A stretch of 63,985 nucleotides of DNA, filler included, from an uncultured archaeon (GTDB lineage: Archaea > Nanobdellota > Nanobdellia > Woesearchaeales > CAIVOO01), in assembly GCA_903842985.1 (NCBI GenBank). It is 6 parts of 6 records of this genome, joined end to end, with 100 filler letters (N's around TTAATTAATTAA, not from the genome) between each part and the next. Parts side by side here need not be neighbours in the genome. Positions count along the whole stretch, not along the records: positions 1 to 22,324 come from CAIMOB010000023.1; 5 more parts are not named here. One strand, given 5' to 3'. The notes below the pieces were generated by a model. It had not been told where the DNA came from and did no database searches. It worked only from the letters and a program-made list of their open reading frames with translations. Shown one piece after another: positions 8,305 through 19,100 of this stretch; position 1 is the stretch's first letter; every line of letters begins with the position of its first letter. The position numbers and the translations under genes are program-made.

Positions 8305-9144
8305 TTAGCTGTGAGATGCCTTGATTGTCACATTACCTTTGTACTGCTGCTGAGGTATTCCTGTTGGTACATTTATCCAGAAGTACGTGTTGACTATGCT
8401 TTTTGGGGCGTTATTTCCGCTGTATAGCATGTTTACTCCTGTCAAGGCTGTTCCAGGTGGGGCAGATGTTAGTTTGTAAGTGACATTGCTTACTCCAATC
8501 TTGTAAGCGCTGTTTGTCTGACCCACAAGCTGTAACCCGCTTATCGAATAATTATTTTTAGTATTTCCTGTATTATTTACTTTTAATGGGAATCCTGCAA
8601 TTACACCCCTGTAGCTTCCTGCAACAGCTGTTCCGTTTTCAGCTCTTCTGTTGGTAACTCCAACGCTGGAGTTTCCGAAGTCAATAGGTGTGTTCTGCAA
8701 TGCCATTGCAATGACACTGTTTACTGTGAATGTTGTTGATTTTGATTTTGTTCCATATGTATCATTTGCATAGACAGTCACGTTCCATGTCCCTCCTACT
8801 GCATCAGCAGGTATTGTGAATGTTGTATTCTGGTAAAGTTTTGAAGTAGTATTATAAATTAATTTAACTGTGCCAACAAGCCCTCCGGTTGTATTATAAT
8901 ATTTTGCCCATACTTTGCTTAAATCTCCATTAACATCAGAAACATTTGCTTTTACAGTAATAATGTCTGAAGGCACAGCCGGGTTTGGGCTTTCTGTGAC
9001 AGTTTGTATGTTAGGCAAGGTGTTTATAACATAAACAGTGGCGTAAGTTATTGACTGGTTTGCAGCACTTGCTATGGTTGAGAAATTTAAAAAGCATAGA
9101 ACACTAACAAGGATAATTGCTGTTGGTAAGATATATTTATTCAT
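8305..9144 (-). CDS. Secreted protein: Ig-like domain + C-terminal WxL/pilin-like module
   Basis: Signal peptide; C-terminus PIDFGN...FWINVPTGIPQQQYKGNVTIKA is paralogous to the end of the 1970-aa protein. Confidence 0.7.
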   Translation of the reverse strand: MNKYILPTAIILVSVLCFLNFSTIASAANQSITYATVYVINTLPNIQTVTESPNPAVPSDIITVKANVSDVNGDLSKVWAKYYNTTGGLVGTVKLIYNTTSKLYQNTTFTIPADAVGGTWNVTVYANDTYGTKSKSTTFTVNSVIAMALQNTPIDFGNSSVGVTNRRAENGTAVAGSYRGVIAGFPLKVNNTGNTKNNYSISGLQLVGQTNSAYKIGVSNVTYKLTSAPPGTALTGVNMLYSGNNAPKSIVNTYFWINVPTGIPQQQYKGNVTIKASHS

Positions 9145-9210
9145 CGATAAACACCTTTCATATTGGAAAATGCTTGTTTTTATAAACTTTTCGGTATATC
9201 AGTGTACATA

Positions 9211-12200
9211 TTAGGACTGGACAGCCAAAAATGTAACATTTCCTTTGTAATTCTGCTGGATTATCCCTGTTGGGGTGTAAAGCTTATAATAAAATGAGAC
9301 ATTCTTGTTCATCTGGAGATTGCTTTTAGCAACAACATACACTCCTGTGAGTATGTTGTCTACTGTAAATGCCTTATCAATTGCCCAATGCACTTTTGTA
9401 ACATTTATTTTGTAGCTTGATTTTGTCTGCCCCGTAAGGTTTACCCCTTTCATTTTTACGCTGATATTAACATTTCCCAAATTCTTGACCCATACAGGCC
9501 AGCCAGATGTCGAGGCATTTACTGTCTTCCCCGCAACCACAGAGCTGAAGTTGATTGGCGCATTTGTCATGCTGATTGAGATTAATGTGTTGACTGTGAA
9601 ATTCCCTTTTTTCGGCACTGCCTTGTTGCCCAGGGTATTGTTTGCATAAACAGTGTAGTTGTATTTTCCTGCTGTTGTTGACGTGTTAAATTTGTCATAA
9701 TACCACTTGTTTGTTCCGTCAGCAGTCATTGTTCGGTTTAATCCGCTTATTTCTACCCAAACCCTGCTTATAGCACCTATCTTCGTGGTGACATTTGCGG
9801 TGATATTATTCTTTTCCCCAAAATTAACAGGGTCAGGCACATCTGTGAGAGAGTTTATTTTTGGCAGCAGTATGTTTACAATTGTTGCATTTCCACTAGC
9901 CATATAATAATTTGAAAAAATATTTGAACCGTTGTCAATTGCCCTGCACCTGAAGTTAACGCCTGATTGGGGCTTCTCTTCAGAGATGTCCCAGACAAAA
10001 GACCCGCCCTTTTTATGCGTGCCAATCTCTCTCCACTCTTTCAGCGTAGCTGATGTATTGACTTCTGTTATCGTTACATTATCAGTCCAGCATTCTCCAT
10101 ATTTATTTACATTATCAACGGGAGATAAAATACATCCAACATCGAATGAACGGGTTGTATTAAATAAATTGGCGCGGTAACTGACTGCACCATGTGAATA
10201 TTCGTCTATAAAATCTGTTCCTAGCACCCCTTTTAATACTGGTCCGGTTATTACTTTGCCGCTTGTTATATTCCTGTATTTTATAGTTATATTGTCCTGC
10301 GGGTCAGCTGCATCAGCAATCCTGAGGGCATAGTTAAATGAAACTTTTACATATTTTGGGCTGTCAGTGATATTAACGGTACTATTCCATCCTCCTGAAA
10401 TTGCTGAACCTGTTTTCGAACTGTTAAGGTTAAGTTCAACATTCAGGCAGTAGCCGCCTGTGCAGTTTCCACTCAATTCCCTTTTCCCAACTGCCTGCGC
10501 AGGAGATGCAGTTCCGTACATGTCATCCTTGTAAACAAAGCCATCAGTGCCTGACTCGAATTGCGCATTAACTACTTTTTCATCGCCAATTAAAGGTGCA
10601 TAAAGCGCCTCTATATGGTAAGTGATTGTGTCATTATCTGGGTCAGTGCTTCCGCCGCAAACAAGCGCAATGGTTGTATTAAATGCCTTGTTGCAGCTTC
10701 CGCCATTGCAGGTTAAACTTGTTGGAGTGGTTGGAGGATGGTTTATTGAATTGAAATAAGATGACACAGAACTATTGACATTGCCAGTAATATCTTTTGC
10801 AATTATTTTGAAATTATAAGTCCCTAATTTTGAGGTATTTGTAAAGATGCCTTGATACAATTTTGTTGTTGTGTTAAACAATAGCTGTATTACCTGCGTG
10901 CCGTCGCCAGGAATAGTCACATTTGCCTTCACAGTGGAAATAATTCCGTTGTCAGTGACATTTGCACTTATGAGAACTGGTGATGATTGGTTGAAATTTT
11001 TTCCAGCAGGAACTAATTTAGTGACTGCCGGAGGTATGCTGTCTATCACAGTTGTGTTTGCAGAGGAATTCACCGCGTCAATCAGGCGGTGAGTTAGATC
11101 GTAATAAGTGCAGTTTGCTGTATTGTTTATTTTAGTTCGATTGGAAACTGTTTTATTTATTTGCACGCTGAAGGAAACAAAGCCATTGTTGCCTGCGTAT
11201 AAAACAGGGAAGCTCCACGCAATAATATTGCCGAGTTGAGTCCCTCCTTGCCCGATACTATGAATTATCGTTCCTTTTGGAATTTTGTCTTTAATTACCG
11301 CATTTATCACGTCTTCTGGAGAGAAGACTCTTTGCGCAAAAGTAACATCAAGGTAACCCCTATTTGCACGCAATGCAGAAATATAATACAATCCTTCTGA
11401 AGATGTTTGGATTATTCCTGGGTAGGCGTCTGAAACCTTGTTGTTTGTTACCTGCCTTATGTCCCATGTTTTTCCGTCGTTGAATGAGCTTGCTACAAAA
11501 ACCTCATTCGAAGTCCTGTTTACATTAGGCAATCCAACCTCTGAGCTGTTTAATAACCCCACCCAGCCTATGTAAATATTGCCTTGGGTATCTCTGTTGA
11601 GAGATGTTTCATAATTGTAAATGTTATTGTTTGTTACCTGTGTTTTATTTTTGTCAAGTATGCCTGGCACAAGCGGAGTTTTTGTCTTGGCAAACCATAT
11701 CTGCTGATGATCTGGATTTGCCGGAGCCCACGCAAAATAGAAAGTGCCATCTTTATACATTACATCATCATCTACATCCATGTAAGTATTGTTTGTGATT
11801 GCAATCCTGTTTGACCAAGTTCCTTTGTAGTTTGAAGCATTCCTTATGTATATTTCAGTGAAGGAAGCATTGCTCCCTTCACTAGCTTCGTATGTAGTGT
11901 AATAATTTCCTGCAGAGTCTTCTGTTATTACTGGTTCCCATTCGCTTATCGTAGGCGTTGTTGTGACTGCAGACGGCTCGCTCCAAGTTAAGCCGTCATC
12001 GCTCGAGTCAACCAGCCATACATCATTATACCCAGACAATGTTTCATGGGAATAAACTATTATAATTTTGCCTGCAGAATTAACAAAGATGTTTGGCCAC
12101 ATATCATTCTGAACTTCATCTGTTACCTTTATTGGACTGGACCAGTTCGATCCCAGATTTGTCGATCTTACCACATAAATATCATTATTACTTCCCGGAC

Positions 12201-15123
12201 TGGCATGATATGCAATGATAAACGTGCCTGCTGGTGATTCTACCATCTGGGGCGAATCTTTTGGAAAAGTGCTGTTTGTTACAAACTTAAAATCTTGGAA
12301 ATCCAGCAGGATTATTCCTCCTGTTTTATTAGTTGTGTAGTTTATAGTATAATTCAGAATACTCCCAACCTGCACTGGGTCAGGATGGTCATATTTTCTG
12401 ATGTTCATTTTTGGCTCAACAACAGAAAATGAAGTCTTTTCAGTGTTGTTGACATTGCCTGAGGTGTCATTGGCAATTATCCTAACTAAATATTTTCCTA
12501 AATATTGGGTTTTATTAAAGGTTTTTTCGTAGCGCGCAGTTATTGCATTAAAGCTAAGCCGGATTAAATTTGTGCCATTGTTTGGCTTAGTGATGTTTGC
12601 CAGCACAGTGTCAACACCAACATTGTCCTTCACTGAAACAAGTACCAGGACACTGGCGTTGATGTTATGAATTGTCCCGTTAGTTAAAAGATTGGTTACG
12701 TTTGGCGGAATTGTGTCTTTTACTTTTACTGTGAAATTCCCTTTCTTTGGCACTGCCCTGTTGTTTGAAGTGTCATTTGCGTAAACAGTGTAGTTGTATT
12801 TTCCTGCTGTTGTTGACGTGTTAAATTTGTCATAATACCATCTGTTTGTTCCGTCTGCAGTCATCGTTCTGTTTAATCCCTTTATGTCTATCCAGACCTT
12901 ACTGACAGCCTTTTTGTCTGTGACATTTGCAGTGAAATTTATTTTTGCACCGTAATCAACAGGGTCAGGCGCGTCGCTGATTGAATTTATTATTGGCGGT
13001 GTTGTGTCCTTTACTGTTATGTTAATTTTTATTGATCTTTTGTTATTCTTCGTGTCATTAACAGAAATGTTTATCCATCTTATCCCGACAGGAATCAGAG
13101 TATTGTTCTGCAGCAAACCACTTGTTTTGTTAATCTTGAAATAAGTCGTGTCATTCACCCTGTACTGGCTAATGCCGCTTGGGTCAGTTGCATTAACTTT
13201 GTAGGAATATGCAGTTGCAAATTCAATTGTCTGGTTCTTTGGCGTCTGAACCCATGTCGGAGCTCTTGTATCTCTTGTCGTCACATTTATTTTTATGCTT
13301 AATTTGTTGTCGTTTGTGTCATTCACAGAAATATTAATCCACTTCACTCCAACAGGCAATCCAGTATTGTTCTGTAACACTCCAGTTGTCTTGTCAATCT
13401 TGAAATAAGTTGTGTCATTCACCCTGTACTGGCTGATTCCAGAAGGATCAGTTGCATTCACATCGTAATAAAGCGGGCTTCCTAATTCAACTATTCTGCT
13501 TGTCGGCGTCTGAACCCATGTCGGCGGAGTCTTATCTATTGTTATTCTCAAATATCCTGCTGCTCCTGCTCCGCCATTGTAAGTACCACTAAATGTTCTT
13601 CTTGCACCTCCGCCGCCTCCGCCGTATGTGCTTCCAGGATTTCCATTGCCTGCAGTCGTTCTTCCTGCTCCTCCATTTCCGCCTAATTGCGAAGTTCCTG
13701 TTCCAGCAGTACCTCCGGTAGCATTGCCACCTGCTCCTGTTGAGCCTGCTCCTCCGCCACCGCCCCCACTAGCTGCGCCAGTTTGAGTTCCGCCATTGCC
13801 TCCCGCATACCTTACAGTTCCTTTAGAACTTGCTACCGTGCCACCTGCACCACCTGTTCCTCCAGTTTGTCCTCCGCTTCCACCTGAAGCATTAACTGTC
13901 AAGCCGTTTCCAAAGTAAGTTGGGTTTCCATTTGCGCCATTTCCTGTTCCTCCTGCAACAGATGCAGCAACCACAACTGCATAATTAGAACCAGGAGTTA
14001 CTGTCACATTTGCCCTTGCGTAAGCGCCTCCTCCCCCTCCACCAGCATAACCGTTTGTGGTCCTGCCCCCACCAGCGCCTCCTCCACCCCACGCTTCAAC
14101 CAATACTTTTGTCACGCCTGCAGGCGCAGTCCAAGTGCCGCTGGAGGTGTAGTTGACCACCAATGTAGGATCAACTATGTAGTCAAATTCAACTGTTCCG
14201 CCAACGATTTTCAGGTCAAAGGTTTTCTGACTTCCATTCAGGCCTGTCAGGAATATTTGGTATTTTTTGTCTTCAGAAATCACTCCAAAGTCAGCGATCT
14301 TGACATCGGAGTTCTTTTCATAAACCTCAACCCTTCCTGATTCGTTGCTCTTTGCGTAAATCGTAATATCATTACCATTAGTAAGAGGCATTTCAAATTT
14401 GGCTCTTAAGTAGTCTCCTTTGGGAATTAATGCATATCTGTAGTTCCTATTTTTGACCAGCCAATAAACATCTTCAACAAAATTCCTGTTTTCGTCTAAA
14501 TGTGACGCCTTGGTTATCTTAATTGTTTCAGCAAATGCGGGGTCCTCGCGCGTCAGAATAAATTCATAATCTTCTCCAGGGATTATGTCCATTACCTTTT
14601 TCCAGTCGCCGCTGCATTTTTGCAGTTCAGAATCCCAGTCCTTGCACTTGTAAAGCTCATTACCAATCGCGGTTACAGTGACAGTCGCGTTTGTGAAATC
14701 TACCCCTGTCGGGTCTATGACATAGACCTGAATCAATTCATCCATTTCCCCAACATCTTCTATCTTCAGGTTCTTTATTGTCTGGACATCAGCATTTTTG
14801 AATTCTATTTTTTTGACAGGCGTCTTCTCAGGCACAAGTTCAAGATTGTAAATTCCTGTGGGATTTTCTGTAGACATCATCTGCACGCCGTTTACCATCT
14901 GGGTTGTAGCGCTTTTGTTGCCAACTTTTTCATTCAGCCTCATTTGCGCAGGTACAACCCCTCCTCCAATGTCCTGTATCTCAATTTTCATTTCATTGAC
15001 AATTGGCTCGGCTGCTTTCAGCGATAAAGTGAATCTGAATGCCCAGAAGAACGCTAAAATAAGAATGAAGGTTATTATTAGAGGTAACAGCATTTCATCT
15101 TTGTTACCCTTATTTTTGTCCAT
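9211..15123 (-). CDS. Giant (1970 aa) surface adhesin-like protein
   Basis: N-terminal hydrophobic segment, Gly-rich block, DTxAPxW...NATDPSGI Ig/cadherin-like repeats, Asp-box (SxDxGxTW) propeller, DUF11-like domain, C-terminal WxL/pilin-like module. Confidence 0.85.
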   Translation of the reverse strand: MDKNKGNKDEMLLPLIITFILILAFFWAFRFTLSLKAAEPIVNEMKIEIQDIGGGVVPAQMRLNEKVGNKSATTQMVNGVQMMSTENPTGIYNLELVPEKTPVKKIEFKNADVQTIKNLKIEDVGEMDELIQVYVIDPTGVDFTNATVTVTAIGNELYKCKDWDSELQKCSGDWKKVMDIIPGEDYEFILTREDPAFAETIKITKASHLDENRNFVEDVYWLVKNRNYRYALIPKGDYLRAKFEMPLTNGNDITIYAKSNESGRVEVYEKNSDVKIADFGVISEDKKYQIFLTGLNGSQKTFDLKIVGGTVEFDYIVDPTLVVNYTSSGTWTAPAGVTKVLVEAWGGGGAGGGRTTNGYAGGGGGGAYARANVTVTPGSNYAVVVAASVAGGTGNGANGNPTYFGNGLTVNASGGSGGQTGGTGGAGGTVASSKGTVRYAGGNGGTQTGAASGGGGGGAGSTGAGGNATGGTAGTGTSQLGGNGGAGRTTAGNGNPGSTYGGGGGGARRTFSGTYNGGAGAAGYLRITIDKTPPTWVQTPTSRIVELGSPLYYDVNATDPSGISQYRVNDTTYFKIDKTTGVLQNNTGLPVGVKWINISVNDTNDNKLSIKINVTTRDTRAPTWVQTPKNQTIEFATAYSYKVNATDPSGISQYRVNDTTYFKINKTSGLLQNNTLIPVGIRWINISVNDTKNNKRSIKINITVKDTTPPIINSISDAPDPVDYGAKINFTANVTDKKAVSKVWIDIKGLNRTMTADGTNRWYYDKFNTSTTAGKYNYTVYANDTSNNRAVPKKGNFTVKVKDTIPPNVTNLLTNGTIHNINASVLVLVSVKDNVGVDTVLANITKPNNGTNLIRLSFNAITARYEKTFNKTQYLGKYLVRIIANDTSGNVNNTEKTSFSVVEPKMNIRKYDHPDPVQVGSILNYTINYTTNKTGGIILLDFQDFKFVTNSTFPKDSPQMVESPAGTFIIAYHASPGSNNDIYVVRSTNLGSNWSSPIKVTDEVQNDMWPNIFVNSAGKIIIVYSHETLSGYNDVWLVDSSDDGLTWSEPSAVTTTPTISEWEPVITEDSAGNYYTTYEASEGSNASFTEIYIRNASNYKGTWSNRIAITNNTYMDVDDDVMYKDGTFYFAWAPANPDHQQIWFAKTKTPLVPGILDKNKTQVTNNNIYNYETSLNRDTQGNIYIGWVGLLNSSEVGLPNVNRTSNEVFVASSFNDGKTWDIRQVTNNKVSDAYPGIIQTSSEGLYYISALRANRGYLDVTFAQRVFSPEDVINAVIKDKIPKGTIIHSIGQGGTQLGNIIAWSFPVLYAGNNGFVSFSVQINKTVSNRTKINNTANCTYYDLTHRLIDAVNSSANTTVIDSIPPAVTKLVPAGKNFNQSSPVLISANVTDNGIISTVKANVTIPGDGTQVIQLLFNTTTKLYQGIFTNTSKLGTYNFKIIAKDITGNVNSSVSSYFNSINHPPTTPTSLTCNGGSCNKAFNTTIALVCGGSTDPDNDTITYHIEALYAPLIGDEKVVNAQFESGTDGFVYKDDMYGTASPAQAVGKRELSGNCTGGYCLNVELNLNSSKTGSAISGGWNSTVNITDSPKYVKVSFNYALRIADAADPQDNITIKYRNITSGKVITGPVLKGVLGTDFIDEYSHGAVSYRANLFNTTRSFDVGCILSPVDNVNKYGECWTDNVTITEVNTSATLKEWREIGTHKKGGSFVWDISEEKPQSGVNFRCRAIDNGSNIFSNYYMASGNATIVNILLPKINSLTDVPDPVNFGEKNNITANVTTKIGAISRVWVEISGLNRTMTADGTNKWYYDKFNTSTTAGKYNYTVYANNTLGNKAVPKKGNFTVNTLISISMTNAPINFSSVVAGKTVNASTSGWPVWVKNLGNVNISVKMKGVNLTGQTKSSYKINVTKVHWAIDKAFTVDNILTGVYVVAKSNLQMNKNVSFYYKLYTPTGIIQQNYKGNVTFLAVQS

Positions 15124-15213
15124 TTAAAAACCCCCTTAAATTAGAATATACAGAAACTATTTAATATTTTTGATATTTTTATTTAAAAGTATTAATATAT
15201 GAATTATATAGAA

Positions 15214-15351
15214 TCAGCTTTTTCGCTTATCTCTCAGTCTCTTTTCCAGCACATCCTTTATATACTCCTTTATGGTGGTCTGCTTCATTGCGCAGGATAC
15301 CTTGATTTTCTTATGAAGTTCGTCTGGTATCTCTATGTTTACCCTTGTCAT
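15214..15351 (-). CDS. 45-aa ribbon-helix-helix (ParG/CopG-like) DNA-binding protein, below the ORF-track cutoff
   Basis: MTRVNIEIPDELHKKIKVSCAMKQTTIKEYIKDVLEKRLRDKRKS; GGAG upstream; starts 16 nt after the minD stop. Confidence 0.75.
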   Translation of the reverse strand: MTRVNIEIPDELHKKIKVSCAMKQTTIKEYIKDVLEKRLRDKRKS

Positions 15352-15367
15352 TTTTTAACAACTCCAT

Positions 15368-16171
15368 TCATTTCTTTGCAATTGTCCTGTTTACATCATC
15401 TTTTTTTATGTCATCAACCACGAAAAAATTCCTGATTTTGGGCCACAGCCTTGTGTCTTTGTACTGCTCGCCAATCAGGCATCCGGCAAGTTTTTTGTAT
15501 TCAACAGAAACATTCCTGCCAGGCGCGTGCATCACAGCAGGCTTTGTCAGCGAAAGCGCCTCGAGCACCATCTCATCCTCAGGGATAATGCTGACAACAG
15601 GCACATCCACTGACTGCTCAATGTCATCAAGCGTCAGTTCGTATTTTTTTCCTCTGACCCTGTTGAGCACAATTCCTGTTATCGGCGTCTTCTTCATCTT
15701 TGCAACCTTCACAGCCCTCATTGTGCAGCTCAGTGTCGGATAGTCCGGACTGCTCACAACAAGCAGTTCGTCAGCAGCAATCATTGTTGCAAGCATCTCT
15801 TCGTTCAGCGTCGGGCTGGAGTCTATCAGGATTACATCATACTTGTATCTGAGGTGGTTTATCTTTCGCTTGAGGCTGAACGGGTCTATCTTGCACTTCG
15901 GCACAAGCGAGCCGGCGATTATGTCAAACCCAAGCTCGTGCTTCTGTATTGCTTTCGGCACATCTACCTTGCTTGCAAGCACGTCGTGAAGCGTGTACTG
16001 CGGATTCACAATCCCAAGATGAATCCCAAGGTTCGGCGCTGTGAAATTCGCATCCACCACCAAAACCTTCTTTCCAAAATCATTTGCAAGCGATGCTGCA
16101 AGATTTGATACTGTTGTTGTCTTCCCTACGCCTCCCTTTATCGCGATAATTCCGATAACTCTTCCGTTCAT
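15368..16171 (-). CDS. minD: MinD/ParA family ATPase
   Basis: KGGVGKTT deviant Walker A, VVDAN, LIDSSP, GIVLNRV. Confidence 0.9.
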   Translation of the reverse strand: MNGRVIGIIAIKGGVGKTTTVSNLAASLANDFGKKVLVVDANFTAPNLGIHLGIVNPQYTLHDVLASKVDVPKAIQKHELGFDIIAGSLVPKCKIDPFSLKRKINHLRYKYDVILIDSSPTLNEEMLATMIAADELLVVSSPDYPTLSCTMRAVKVAKMKKTPITGIVLNRVRGKKYELTLDDIEQSVDVPVVSIIPEDEMVLEALSLTKPAVMHAPGRNVSVEYKKLAGCLIGEQYKDTRLWPKIRNFFVVDDIKKDDVNRTIAKK

Positions 16172-19100
16172 TTTCCATACACCTCATTTAAGCTGTTTAT
16201 CATTTTTTCTTTGATTTCATTTCTGCTTTCAGCAGATTTTTTCAGCATTATTTTTTCTTTTGGCTGCGCTTCAGCCTTCTTTTTCTCCTGCTTTTTTTTG
16301 TATTCAATATAGTTGTAGACTCTTTCCTTCATTATCTGCCTGAATTTGCTTTCTTCCTCTTCCTTCTTGTCTGGTTCAGGCAGTTTTTTCTCTTCGATTT
16401 TATGAACAGGAATATCTTCCTTCTTTTTCACGCTCGTTATTGTGTTCAACCTAATTTCTTTCTGCGGCATTTCAGAAATCAGCCTCGTTACCCTATTCTT
16501 AATCTTTTTTCCCGCCCTTTTCACAAAAGCGAAGTTGGAAGGCTTTTTGATTGTAATCACTTCCTTGCCGAATGATACTCTGTCCTTGTCGTTGAAGTAA
16601 TTCACCATCATAAATAGTGCAACCGCAATCAAAACTGCTTCAGCTATGTTTAGCAGCAGGCTGATGTTGCTGGCAATTGCGTTTTTGAATATGGTCAAGC
16701 CAGTCACAACAGGCTGAATGATAATACCAATTAAGAACAGCACAACTGCGAAAACACCAATCCATCTGTACCTCACTGCTTTTTTGATTAACTGCCCCCT
16801 CTTCTTGTGTACAACAATTTCTTTGCTAACAAATATTTTGTTTCTATTTGCAAACTGCACAAGCGACAGCAATGTTATGCTTAGCACGACAAGAATGAGA
16901 ATCGTTTCCGAGTTTTTCACTGCCAATGGAACGACTTTGCCGGCGAATACAGAAAATCCAGTAGTCATTGGCCTTATTAATAATATCACCGCCAAAACCA
17001 GCAAGCTGCCAAAGATTGCGGCTTTTGAATAGCTCTCGAGCCACTTTTTCACTTCCTTTGCCCTTATCCTCTTATGCGAATATCTGATTGCTCCAAACAC
17101 AATAAATGGGATCATGAACAGCGCCAAGATAAGGTAATACCAGATATTTTTCGGCTTTTTAACAACAGTCGGAAGTTCTTTTGTGACATTCTCCTGAGCT
17201 TTTGTAACATTAGCCACAGGAGGTATTTTTTCCTTTTGTTTTTCTTTCAGTTCATATAACTTGAAACACCATCTGTCAGTGTCTGGCCCGATTCCTTCAA
17301 TTTTTGTATCAATTACGCCATTTTCATCCAAATCAAGCGTTTTGTTCATTGCATTTTCAAATTCAATATTGTATTTACCAACAATCAAAACGCTTTTGTT
17401 TCCTTTAAAGCTTGTAAGAATTGCTTCATACTTCTTTTCATGTGAATAAAAGTAAACCTTTTGGTTTAATTTGAGACAGGTGCTGATTATAAGCGACTCT
17501 TCTTTTGATTCCAGCTTGGTTGCACCGCCTGCTCCGCCACCGCCACCAGTATGAGCAGTGCCTTCGCCACCGCCTCCGCCACCCGATGGCTGCGTTGGAG
17601 CTGACTCCTGCTTTATTGCAAATGCAGAGAATCCAGTTACTGTCGCCGTGAAGTAATCTCCTGTTTTGTTCTGCGTTGATGTCAGTGCAGCAAAGCTTGA
17701 TAGGCACCTTTGGCTTGCGAAGTCCCAGTTGCTGCACTTGTACACCTTTAGATAATTTTCATTGGTGTAACTCAGCCCGCTGTAACTTAAATAAACAACT
17801 GCGTTTGTAAATGTGTACGAATTGTTAACGGAATAAACAACAATGTACCCAGGATATGTCGTGTTCCTTTCCATTCCGAAAATCCTATTATTGTTATGGG
17901 AAAGATTAACCCCATTTAACTTAACCATGAATTTTCCAGTGAATGCATAGAACTCAATGTCATAAAGATAATTTGCGATGTCGATGTTCGTGAAGTTACC
18001 TGTACTTGAAGTGTTGTCTTTGATATTTGTTCCGGCATAATAGAATATGATTTCCGAATTGATTCCTGCGCCATTGTGGTTTATGACAGTTGCATTCAAG
18101 TAAATAACTGGCTGGATAATGAAGTATTTTACAGCGCTTGCAGTATCCCTAGCTGTGTTGTTTGCATAGAATGTTACATTGTATCTTCCTGCCAACGTAG
18201 GTGTGGCATAATTGTAAACTGCTGCATTTGCCAGGCTGATTGTCTCAGTGCTTGAATTAGGCATTAGCACAACCGCCCACACCCTATCAAGATGGGCGTC
18301 GGTTGCGTTTATGAATAAGCTGACACTGGTGCCTGTTATTGCTACAAGCGGGGTTGCGCTTGCACTTTTTATCGTCGGCGGAATATGGGTGGTTGTCTTG
18401 AAGCTATATGCGCTGCTTGTTACGCAATTCTTATACGCATCGCAGCTTGTAACCTTGTAATAATATGTCTTGTTTGCCTGCAGCCCCGTCAGCATGTAAT
18501 CATGCGCAGTTACCAATGTCGCATTCCTGTAGCGAGTCCCCAAAGAAGTTGTCAATCCGTAATTGATTGTGGAGTTGGCATTTTCATTGGTATTCCAAAT
18601 AATGATTGCAGTTGAATTTGTAATTGTTGAATTGTGCACGCTTGAAATAACTGGCGGAGTTGTGTCTCTGACATTTACATATATCCTTGAAGACCTAACA
18701 TTATTGCGGGTGTCATTGACATATATGCGTATCCAATATTTTTTTACCTGCAGCCCAGTATTGTTTTGTATGACCCCTGTTGCTGGATTCATATCAAAGT
18801 TCGTCGTGTCATTAACCCAATATTGGCTAATTCCGCTTGGGTCTGTCGCGTTTACACGATAGTGGAACGCAGCGCCCCACTCAATGGTCTGGTTCTTCGG
18901 CGTCTGAAGCCATGCCGGCGGAGTTGTGTCTAATACAGCATTCGCATTTGTTTTGAAGCTGGAACCTGCATCTGTTCTGCAGTTATTGTATGCATCACAG
19001 CTTGATACATTGTAGTAATATGTCTTGTTCGCCTGCAGCCCGGTCAATGTGAAGCTATGGCTTAATGTTAGTGTGGCATTCCTGTAAAATGTTCCCAAGC

